DNA from: a virus
Lineage: Duplodnaviria > Heunggongvirae > Uroviricota > Caudoviricetes
DNA: 14,532 bases
Reading direction: 5' to 3' (one strand)
IMG/VR virus record: IMGVR_UViG_3300032070_000001
Location: 76,183 to 90,714 of that record
Shown here: positions 1 through 6,896 of the stretch, in pieces
Layout: every line of letters begins with the position of its first letter
How positions within the stretch are numbered: the stretch's first letter is position 1
The notes under the pieces: model-generated
Told to the model about the DNA's origin: nothing
Database searches by the model: none
The model's input: only the letters and a program-made list of their open reading frames with translations
Made by a program: the position numbers and the translations under genes

Positions 1-1424
1 GTATTGGCCTCCACGATCACGCGAAGCAAGAAGTCCTGAAAATCGCGGCTGTTGTCCGTGGCCCCGGTGACCCAATGAGCGCACTCTTCGAGTGCCATCT
101 TCAGTACCATCTTGTTGATGCTACCCGCATGATCCAAAGCCAGATACACGCCAGTCTCATCGGCGAAACCCAACTCACGACTGCCAGCATTCATCACATC
201 CTGATAGCAGCCGACAAGCGGCTTTTCCTTGCCGTTGGTAAGACCGACCGCTTCAATCCAGCGCCACACCACATCCACTGCCTCCCGAGCAGCGTCGGTC
301 GCGGCCACTTTCTCGCGGCCCTTTTGCTCGTTGCTCGTGAGCACCGTCGCATCCGTCAAGACGCCAAAGTGGGCGGCGGCCTCCGCAAAGCTCGCCGAAG
401 AAATCGACTTAACATCGTAACCTTTCCTCTTCACGAAATCCGTCAAGGTATCAGAGGGGCTACAGAGAACGGCATCACCAGCCACAGCCTTCCACGCCCG
501 CTGCCAATGACTTTTCTGCTCGTCCTTTGGTTTCTCCCACGACGACATGATATAGTCCACATCCAACTGGCCCTCGAAGACCTGCCGCTGTGCAGCAAGC
601 GCTTGAAAAACAGGATACAATTCAGTAGCCGTGGCCCGCCGATACAGCCGGGCGGTCGCTGCACGAACGTAATACTCATTAGAATTGCGGCACTCGTCGA
701 TCTTCAATTCGTCGAGCCGAAAGTTGTAGTCGTAAACCGATTCGCGGTCGCTCTCTTCGATCTCACGGACATAGACGCCGCCCCGGTAGATCACAGCCGT
801 CTTCTTGCCATTCAGATTGCGGTCGGCCTTGGGTAAGAGCGACTGCTTAACCTGCTCTGGCCGCCCAGAGAAATGCAGAAATCGCTTTGGCAACTCGTGG
901 AGGAACTGTTCCACAGCAGCGTTTGTCTCAACATAGACGCGCGTGTAGCCGTCCCGGGCCTTGACCCGAGAGTCCTCGACCACAGCCACAGCCAAACGGC
1001 CATCCTGAATCGCCGAAAAGAACTCGCCGTTCTCCTCGCGGACGGTACGGTCGATAGCATTCGAGATGAACTCTCGCAGTGCCATCGCAATCTCGGTCCA
1101 ATCCAAGGCTCCGAAATCGAGCACCCACCCCAGGTCAATGGTCCTCGTGGATGTGCCTCCCAGCTTGCACATCACCCGCTTCACCGCCTTACGAGTCAAT
1201 CCATCGTCGATCTCGTCATCCCTGATATGAAAATCCAGGCGAGTCTTGCCACAGTAGACAAAGACCTTGACCCCGGCCCGCAAAAGCACGTTGATCGCGT
1301 GCTTGTTGCCGGAACCAAACTGACCGATGGTGCCCTCCACACCGCAATCCCGAGTGGTCGAGACACCAAGAAGAGTAAAGCCCTCAATCGGGGAGACGCC
1401 AGGATTCTGAATACAAAGAAACAT
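1..1424 (-). CDS. Permuted GHKL-type ATPase with C-terminal zincin-like motif, partial (3' end beyond window; >=474 aa)
   Basis: Not in the ORF track because no stop is in the window. Hand translation from ATG 1424 is open to base 3: MFLCIQNPGVSPIEGFTLLGVSTTRDCGVEGTIGQFGSGNKHAINVLL...ALREFISNAIDR...GYTRVYV...KMALEECAHWVTGATDNSRDFQDFLLRVIVEAN. It has a GxFGxG loop (aa 34-39), an ExxxNAxD N-box (aa 118-125) and EECAH (aa 446-450), and lies directly downstream of the promoter at 1474-1501. Confidence 0.85.
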   Translation of the reverse strand, partial: MFLCIQNPGVSPIEGFTLLGVSTTRDCGVEGTIGQFGSGNKHAINVLLRAGVKVFVYCGKTRLDFHIRDDEIDDGLTRKAVKRVMCKLGGTSTRTIDLGWVLDFGALDWTEIAMALREFISNAIDRTVREENGEFFSAIQDGRLAVAVVEDSRVKARDGYTRVYVETNAAVEQFLHELPKRFLHFSGRPEQVKQSLLPKADRNLNGKKTAVIYRGGVYVREIEESDRESVYDYNFRLDELKIDECRNSNEYYVRAATARLYRRATATELYPVFQALAAQRQVFEGQLDVDYIMSSWEKPKDEQKSHWQRAWKAVAGDAVLCSPSDTLTDFVKRKGYDVKSISSASFAEAAAHFGVLTDATVLTSNEQKGREKVAATDAAREAVDVVWRWIEAVGLTNGKEKPLVGCYQDVMNAGSRELGFADETGVYLALDHAGSINKMVLKMALEECAHWVTGATDNSRDFQDFLLRVIVEAN

Positions 1425-1473
1425 AGTTCAATCTCTCAAAGGTTGTTAATTCAATGATGCTCAACTCTATTCA

Positions 1474-1501
1474 AGCATACGTCAGAAGAGGCGAAAGTCA
1501 A
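1474..1501 (-). promoter_or_regulatory. Repeated sigma70-like promoter P1 (TTGACT-N16-TATGCT, then TGAATAG)
   Basis: Minus strand reads TTGACTttcgcctcttctgacgTATGCTtgaatag. Bases 1478-1502 are identical (25 nt) to 10842-10866. Confidence 0.8.
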
Positions 1502-1534
1502 GAAACCACCAAACACTTTTCCCGCCCTTGGAAG

Positions 1535-1752
1535 TCAGAATCGTGACGCTTGATAGGTCTGTAGAGCCTCGATTACCCCGGCCGCCCGCACCTTCGTCAC
1601 AATGGCATATTCCAGCGGGCCTACCGGCCGCTGGCAGATTGGACAACGTGGTCCCCCAAATACCACTTCACCGACGTTCGTGCCACGATGTCGGAGCCAC
1701 AGTCGCAGTTGATCCTGACGATGTAGAACGTCCGCCTCCGCTCTTGCGTCAT
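1535..1752 (-). pseudogene. Small zinc-ribbon protein (CDCG...CPIC, about 72 aa), interrupted by a 1-nt frameshift at the C5 run 1653-1657
   Basis: ATG 1752 overlaps the upstream stop (ATGA) and reads MTQERRRTFYIVRINCDCGSDIVARTSVKWYLG. One extra G gives GPRCPICQRPVGPLEYAIVTKVRAAGVIEALQTYQASRF*, completing two Cys pairs. Confidence 0.65.
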
Positions 1753-3191
1753 TGAAATACCTCGGGCTGTTCAAGAGCCAGACGGACGAAACGTGCGCCC
1801 ACGTCGGCCAGGGCCTTGTAGTAGCCCTCACTCAAATGGTCGCTCTCGTAATGATGAGCAAATTCATGGATCAATAGCCGGTTCACCTCGTCGGTGACGC
1901 CGTTCTCGAAGAATGCCCGGCCGCACCGAGAATAATTGAAAGTCAACCGACCCTTGCCATACGTTGCCCCGTAAGGCCAATGCGGCTCGCGAGCAAAGGT
2001 GACATCTATCACGGAGTCCAGCAGCAGGTTACCGATCCCCTCCGCATAATCGGCGATCTGCCACATCCCCTTGGTCCATTCGCTTTCGGGAATCAAGTCC
2101 AACGGTTTGCCCTCCGAGGAGTACGGCTTCGGACTCGGAGTGACGACGCCGGCCGCCGGCAGCACACCGGCCCGGCTCGCATTGGACCATTCGGCTGCCG
2201 TGAGGCTCCCGCCATAGACGACAGGCCGCCCTTCGGCGGCCGACCGCTTGTTGGCCTCCGGGTCCGAGGGATCGTAACGGACGGCGTTCTCGCCGAAACG
2301 AAGGGTCACGGCGGCCTTGACCGCCTCGATGCTGGCCCGTTCGTCGCTGCACGCCTCCCGCACCCACGTTTGCGGCGCGTCTTCCTTGTCAATCAGATGA
2401 TGGGTGGCATTCAGCACTGCCACGCGAAGCATCCGCAAATAGGCCGGCGTCACGTTGTCGCGGTCCATGTTGAGCGGCACCTTTTGTTGCACGTCCACAT
2501 GAAAGCGGTCGCCCGTCTCCACGACCGGGATGCCCATCTCGTAAAGCATCGCCGGCTCGCCCTCGACCGGCTCATAGACCCGCACCAGCGTCTTACGGAA
2601 AGTCTTCCGCAGCACACCCTCTTCATCGGCCACGACAGTCGGCAGGACCTCGTTGAAGAATGCTGCCGGAAAACGGTCTTCCAAAACACAGCCATTGTAG
2701 ATGGTGGCGATGTCGGCCGGTGGAATGAGCCGCTTCATGGCGGCATTGATTTCATTGAACTCGGCCTTCGTCATGGGCACGTCGGCCTCGAACCTTGAGC
2801 CGGCGTTACAGCGAGACGTGTGTGCATGGCGGCCGGTCGAATTGAACTCCACGGTCCCGCTGACCGTCTCAATCACGGCTCGTTTCGCCAGAGCCAACAC
2901 CAGCTTCTCGCCCAAGTTGAAACGGCCCCGCTGTTTGACATTGCCCTTCTTCCGACTCTCGGCAAATAGCGTATAAGCATCACGCAGGTCCGCAAAGCCT
3001 TCGGGGGCATCATCAACGACGACAATCCGCGCGTTGCGATTGCCTGGAAGTAACTTGACCGTGACCGCAACCTGAGTGACGCCCGCCTCATCCCAAGCGT
3101 TCTGCAACAACTCATAAAGCACGAACGCCTTCGACCGACCAGCCATCAGCTTCGCCAACCCACCTTTATCCACATCGAACCAAGCGGCCAT
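1749..3191 (-). CDS. GHKL (HATPase_c-like) ATPase fused to a C-terminal HExxH zincin-like domain, 480 aa
   Basis: N-box ELLQNAWD (aa 27-34), degenerate G1 VVVDDAPEG, G2 RGRFNLGEK and C-terminal LLIHEFAHHY. RBS AAGGAG, with promoter P2 just upstream. Confidence 0.85.
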   Translation of the reverse strand: MAAWFDVDKGGLAKLMAGRSKAFVLYELLQNAWDEAGVTQVAVTVKLLPGNRNARIVVVDDAPEGFADLRDAYTLFAESRKKGNVKQRGRFNLGEKLVLALAKRAVIETVSGTVEFNSTGRHAHTSRCNAGSRFEADVPMTKAEFNEINAAMKRLIPPADIATIYNGCVLEDRFPAAFFNEVLPTVVADEEGVLRKTFRKTLVRVYEPVEGEPAMLYEMGIPVVETGDRFHVDVQQKVPLNMDRDNVTPAYLRMLRVAVLNATHHLIDKEDAPQTWVREACSDERASIEAVKAAVTLRFGENAVRYDPSDPEANKRSAAEGRPVVYGGSLTAAEWSNASRAGVLPAAGVVTPSPKPYSSEGKPLDLIPESEWTKGMWQIADYAEGIGNLLLDSVIDVTFAREPHWPYGATYGKGRLTFNYSRCGRAFFENGVTDEVNRLLIHEFAHHYESDHLSEGYYKALADVGARFVRLALEQPEVFQ

Positions 3192-3224
3192 GATTGCTCC
3201 TTAATTATCTTTTTCCACTATTCA

Positions 3225-3252
3225 ATCATAGCACAAAAGACGCGAAAGTCAA
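3225..3252 (-). promoter_or_regulatory. Repeated sigma70-like promoter P2 (TTGACT-N16-TATGAT, extended -10 TG, then TGAATAG)
   Basis: Minus strand reads TTGACTttcgcgtcttttgtgcTATGATtgaatag, in the intergenic gap upstream of the GHKL gene. Confidence 0.8.
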
Positions 3253-3306
3253 GACGCTTACCTCAGAAACCAGCGATCGAACTTTGAACCGATGCCGACT
3301 ACCCCA

Positions 3307-3669
3307 TCACCCAAGAAGCGTGTCGATTGCCTCCATACGTTTGAGCAACCCCGCCCTCTCCTGGCGGAGTACATCCTTCAAATTCGCGCCTGCGGATTTG
3401 AGCCGACGACCTTTCTTCGCGGTCTTCTTGCCGCCCCCGCGAATCACGCTGACGTAGGCTGGTGTCACGGTCACACCCTTCTCCGTCAAAGCAGCCACGA
3501 TCTCCTTGTTCTTTGCCTCGGGATGCGTGGCAAGGTAATCCCGCACAACCGTTGCCTTCTTCACTAGCGGTTCCTGGCCCACTTCCCTCACACGACGCTC
3601 ACGTTTGCGCTTTGCCATTGACGGGACCTCCTGAGAAACGAGTTGAGAATTGTCCACAGTGTCCATCAT
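3307..3669 (-). CDS. Small basic protein, probably DNA-binding (alternative start at 3618, MAKRKRER)
   Basis: Lys/Arg-rich. The core KKATVVRDYLATHPEAKNKEIVAALTEKGVTVTPAYVSVIR resembles, from memory, a small helical family common in Planctomycetes. GGAGG precedes both ATG 3669/3666 and ATG 3618. It is the only gene behind P3. Confidence 0.75.
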   Translation of the reverse strand: MMDTVDNSQLVSQEVPSMAKRKRERRVREVGQEPLVKKATVVRDYLATHPEAKNKEIVAALTEKGVTVTPAYVSVIRGGGKKTAKKGRRLKSAGANLKDVLRQERAGLLKRMEAIDTLLG

Positions 3670-3688
3670 GAATACCTCCAGATAGGGG

Positions 3689-3718
3689 ATTATACCACAG
3701 CGCCAAAGCCAAAGTCAA
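3689..3718 (-). promoter_or_regulatory. Near-consensus sigma70 promoter P3 (TTGACT-N18-TATAAT, extended -10)
   Basis: Minus strand reads TTGACTttggctttggcgctgtggTATAAT, followed by GGAGG and ATG. Confidence 0.8.
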
Positions 3719-3768
3719 CACCTCGCCTGACGCTAATCAACTCCGATTTTCGGTCGCGGTCGTCACCA

Positions 3769-3945
3769 TTACTTCAGCCAACGAGTTTTGGGATCAGCGT
3801 CAAGCATCTTGAAAATTCGAGCTAAGCCGCACCGATCCTCCTCCGCCTCAGTCTTGGTATCGTATGGACCAGCCTCGGTCACTGAGTCGGGAATGTTGAC
3901 GATCCACCAACCATCAGATCGCTTCTTCAACTGCATGTCGCTCAT
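3769..3945 (-). CDS. Hypothetical protein (58 aa, MSDMQLKKRSDGWWIV...GPYDTKTEAEEDR)
   Basis: ATG 3945 overlaps the upstream TGA (ATGA) and is preceded by GGAGAG. The ORF track extends it to 3963. Confidence 0.65.
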   Translation of the reverse strand: MSDMQLKKRSDGWWIVNIPDSVTEAGPYDTKTEAEEDRCGLARIFKMLDADPKTRWLK

Positions 3946-4205
3946 GATTTCTCTCCTAGCCACAACTCAATTGCCGCTGCCTTGGCCTCCACCAGCAACA
4001 TGAAGCCGTGACCGTTCGAAGCCAGAGTCATCGGACCTTGGCCGTCTTCACGATGACTGGTGTAGTACGGGTAGATCGCCGTCGGATGCCCGCAATGGTG
4101 AACGTACACGTCGGTTGACTCGTCCAAGAAGAGCAACTGGTAGTGCCGCGCCGGCTTCACGCCCCAAGCCCGCCAAGTGAAGTTACTCTTCATTGCCATT
4201 GCCAT
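3942..4205 (-). CDS. Hypothetical protein (about 83-87 aa)
   Basis: Overlaps both neighbours in an operon-like chain. The exact start among three ATGs (4193-4205) is uncertain. Confidence 0.6.
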   Translation of the reverse strand: MAMAMKSNFTWRAWGVKPARHYQLLFLDESTDVYVHHCGHPTAIYPYYTSHREDGQGPMTLASNGHGFMLLVEAKAAAIELWLGEKS

Positions 4206-5162
4206 TCAAGAAGTCCACGACAGCCGGCCAGTGATGAGACACAAGACTCAACTGATCGCGGCCAGCTTGCACACGATCCAGGGCCTCCTGCCACAAGTCC
4301 CGATCCACATGTACCTCAACGGCCTCACGAATCAGACGTGCCATAACCGGCGGTTCTAAGGCATCGAGTTCCCAACTCTCATCGCCAAACTGCGCCCGAT
4401 ACTTCTCGCAGCGAGCATCCGTAGTCTTGGCGGGATTCGGTGACGGGTTATACTCTTCGATCTGTTCCCACGTCAAGGCGATACGATGAATAATGGCCGC
4501 CGAACCAAACAGTTCCAAACGATCCTGAATATCGCGTGTCATGTCCACGCCGGACGGATCATGGTCACCCAAATGAATAACCACAGTTTCCAACCCCGTC
4601 TTCTCATAGTCTCGAAGACGCTGCGCCGCTCCCACATCTCCGACTGGGACGTATAGCCCTTGCACGCGAAGAATGGCACCTGCAACTCAGTGCAAATGAA
4701 CTCGATCACGCCGATCAAAGCCTCCTTCTCGATCCAGACCTCCAGCCGCTTCGACTGCTCGGCCCACAAGTCCACCGTGTACTGATCGGCACATGCGCTG
4801 ATGATCGAATGCGGACTAGCCCACGTCGAGTGGGTTTGCAGATTCCGGGTGCGATCCTCAATCGCCAGCCAGTCGATCAGGCCCGCCAGGCGGCCGTCAT
4901 TGATGATGTCCCCGAGCCACTTGTAATTCGGCTCGGCGTTCTTCGTTCCGTTCGGATCACGAACCCACTTGTTGGTGTCTGGTATCCGCCGCCACTTCCG
5001 GTCGTCCGGGAACAAGTCCTTGGCGACAAACTGATAGTACAACTGCCGCAACGTCAGCTTGAAACCCTGCCGCTGGTAGTCCACGATGATCTTGTTCGCC
5101 TTCTGGATCATCGCCAGGGTATCGGGACGGAACGCCTTGGATACGTAGCAAATCTTGGCCAT
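4183..5162 (-). pseudogene. Topo VIA/Spo11-like (5Y-CAP + Toprim; Mini-A-type) protein, about 326 aa, split by a 1-nt frameshift at the C3 run 4631-4633
   Basis: The 5' frame (4539..5162) has TLRQLYY, matching the TxRxxYY catalytic-Tyr motif, and EVWIEKEAL (Toprim Glu). The 3' frame (4183..4665) has VIHLGDHDPSG (Toprim DxD). One extra G joins them as ...KGYTSQSEMWGAAQRLRDYEK. Confidence 0.8.
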
Positions 5163-5173
5163 CAGTTGCCTTT

Positions 5174-5209
5174 CTAGGTGTATAGCTCGCAGAAGTCATA
5201 CTCCGTCAT
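5174..5209 (-). CDS. Candidate 11-aa micropeptide MTEYDFCELYT
   Basis: ATG 5209 overlaps the upstream TGA (ATGA), has GGAG 5 nt upstream, and fills the gap before the Topo VIA-like gene. Confidence 0.3.
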   Translation of the reverse strand: MTEYDFCELYT

Positions 5210-5409
5210 CCAATCTCCCTTGCGTCCGCCTGCCATTCCTGCCATTCGGCATACGGGACCTGCTTCTCCCACTTCAATCCAGGCCCATAGCGGTAGCACA
5301 CATCGCCGCCGAACGTCGTATCCACGACCAACCGAGTCTCTTGCCGGCCGCCCTTCCGGCATCGGAACTTCCGGTGAACCAGATCGCTATGCACCTTGAC
5401 CCAATCCAT
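5206..5409 (-). CDS. Hypothetical protein (67 aa, MDWVKVHSDLVHRKFRC...)
   Basis: ATG 5409 overlaps the upstream stop (TGATG). It is the 3' part of track ORF 5206..5511. Confidence 0.55.
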   Translation of the reverse strand: MDWVKVHSDLVHRKFRCRKGGRQETRLVVDTTFGGDVCYRYGPGLKWEKQVPYAEWQEWQADAREIG

Positions 5410-5597
5410 CACTTGCCGCTCTCCGCGCACTCGCGGGCCAACTCCAAGAATGCCCCACGATCCTTGGCGTCCGCCTTCACGAGCCACTGCGTCATCAGTC
5501 GCAGATCGCACTCAACACCCAGAGCCTCGGCCGCCAGACCGACACCAAGCCGGGCCTTGTCATGATTCTCGTGGACCTCACTCGGGCGAATTATCAT
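5409..5597 (-). CDS. Hypothetical protein (62 aa from MIIRPSEV; track start 5618)
   Basis: GAGGA precedes ATG 5597; the ORF overlaps both neighbours. Confidence 0.55.
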   Translation of the reverse strand: MIIRPSEVHENHDKARLGVGLAAEALGVECDLRLMTQWLVKADAKDRGAFLELARECAESGK

Positions 5598-5769
5598 CGT
5601 CGTCCTCGCTGGTGCCATTGCTCTTCACAGCTTCGATCAAGCTGTCAACATGCTCGCGCAATTCTTGGAGAGAAGCCAAGGTCACAACCAGCGCGACAGA
5701 CGTGTCACTGAATACGTGATCGGCCGCTTTCTCCGCCTCTTCCAAGAGATTCTCGTGGTGAACCGACAT
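5578..5769 (-). CDS. Hypothetical acidic protein (63 aa)
   Basis: Strong RBS AAGGAG, helical amphipathic sequence and an acidic tail (SEDDDDNSPE). Confidence 0.7.
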   Translation of the reverse strand: MSVHHENLLEEAEKAADHVFSDTSVALVVTLASLQELREHVDSLIEAVKSNGTSEDDDDNSPE

Positions 5770-5817
5770 GAATCACTCCTTCACATCCAATTGAGATTGA
5801 AGACGATTCCGCCAACC

Positions 5818-6336
5818 TCACTTGGTCGGCTTCACGTAAGGGTTGACGATGACCAGCGGGCCGGGACCCACGTAATCCGGATTCGGCCGCCGCCAGGGAT
5901 ATTCACCCGTTCGCCTTACCGACGAGCCGCCGAAACTATCACCGTAGCCGTAGTCACCGTAGCCGAAACGAGGACCGCAGCCACCGGAGCCATAAGGGGA
6001 CCGCGCAAAGTAGCCGCCGCCGTAGCCGCCGTAGCCGCCGTAGCCACCGCAGCCGTAGCCATACGACGGACCCGACAAGCCGCTGTACTCCGTGACCGTG
6101 ACCTTCTCCGTGCCTGTGAGATACTCGGGTTCCTTAATCTCGGCCTTCCGCTTCTTCCAATCGTCTATCTGGGCCTGATTGAACTTCACGGCCCAGTTGT
6201 AGAACTCGGCATCCGTCATCTTGTAGACCTCGGCCGGGTACTTGACCGGCGGCGGCAACTGATCGCTGACGGAAATCTGGGCTTGGCATGACACGGCCAC
6301 AGCCAACAACGCAACCAAACTCAAAATGAATCGCAT
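5818..6336 (-). CDS. Secreted Gly/Tyr-rich protein (172 aa)
   Basis: GGAGAG precedes ATG 6336. The N-terminus MRFILSLVALLAVAVSCQA is signal-peptide-like. The low-complexity YGYGCGGYGGYGGYGGGY tract includes 3 x 9-nt repeats at 6016-6042. Confidence 0.75.
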   Translation of the reverse strand: MRFILSLVALLAVAVSCQAQISVSDQLPPPVKYPAEVYKMTDAEFYNWAVKFNQAQIDDWKKRKAEIKEPEYLTGTEKVTVTEYSGLSGPSYGYGCGGYGGYGGYGGGYFARSPYGSGGCGPRFGYGDYGYGDSFGGSSVRRTGEYPWRRPNPDYVGPGPLVIVNPYVKPTK

Positions 6337-6359
6337 AGGAGTCTCTCCAAAGTGAAGGG

Positions 6360-6896
6360 TTAGTTTCTGCTCTGACGTTTCCACTTTCGTCGATGCTTCG
6401 ACTGATCGGCCATCGGTATCCACCGACAATTCGATGGACAATAGTTTCGATTATTGTTTCGTCGCTCAATCGTAAGCGGATATCGGTAGCCGCTTTCTTT
6501 TGCCCACACCGCAAAATTCTCAAACACCTGCCAAGTACGACAGACCTTGATCCCTCGTTCCCCGTAGTACCGGTAACTCGCCGTGCGCGGATATTCGCAC
6601 CGCCGCCGCATGTTGACCCAAGTTGTATAGAGGCGTGTGTGTCGTTGCCCGTGCGTCGTCGCTTTCTTAACTGAAACCTCGCGTCGAAGACAACCACATG
6701 ATCGAACACGCCCAGCTAAGAGATGATGTTCCCACACTTCTTTCGTCACGCCGCAATCACAACGCACTGGCACAGCCCGAAGGTAACACGACTTTGTAGC
6801 GCCGCACCGCCAGAGCAGTTTTGCCGTGCCAACTACCGTGAGACGACCAAACTTAGCTCCAACACAGCAATCGCAACGTTTACCCATCCTCGCCAT
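6360..6896 (-). CDS. Free-standing HNH-type homing endonuclease (phage type)
   Basis: Family motifs KFGRLTV, RCDCG, SCGC, HG..TRLY..W.NM..RC, YG.RGIKVC..W and TIERRNN...Y.PSNCRW. The start (6887, 6896 or 6929) is uncertain. Confidence 0.85.
   Translation of the reverse strand: MARMGKRCDCCVGAKFGRLTVVGTAKLLWRCGATKSCYLRAVPVRCDCGVTKEVWEHHLLAGRVRSCGCLRREVSVKKATTHGQRHTRLYTTWVNMRRRCEYPRTASYRYYGERGIKVCRTWQVFENFAVWAKESGYRYPLTIERRNNNRNYCPSNCRWIPMADQSKHRRKWKRQSRN

Noticed and set aside
75-1457. Long plus-strand ORFs 75..836 and 873..1457
   Set aside because: They are codon-aligned antisense shadows of the unlisted minus-strand GHKL gene, with no motifs or RBS.
1980-2976. Plus-strand ORFs 1980..2798 and 2701..2976, and alternate minus frames
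   Set aside because: They overlap the motif-bearing 480-aa GHKL gene.
4620-4645. Programmed -1 frameshift in the Topo VIA-like gene
   Set aside because: The sequence G TGG GAG is not an X XXY YYZ slippery site, and a missing G in a homopolymer explains it more simply.
4183-5162. Wadjet (JetD) or Topo VIII call for the Toprim protein
   Set aside because: No SMC or kleisin (JetABC) genes are in the window, and there is no fused B-A architecture.
5650-6291. 213-aa plus-strand Ala/Val-rich ORF
   Set aside because: It is the antisense mirror of the GYG repeats; the minus-strand gene has an RBS and a signal peptide.
6134-6709. 191-aa minus-strand ORF in an alternate frame
   Set aside because: It overlaps both the HNH gene and the secreted-protein gene and has no recognisable motif.
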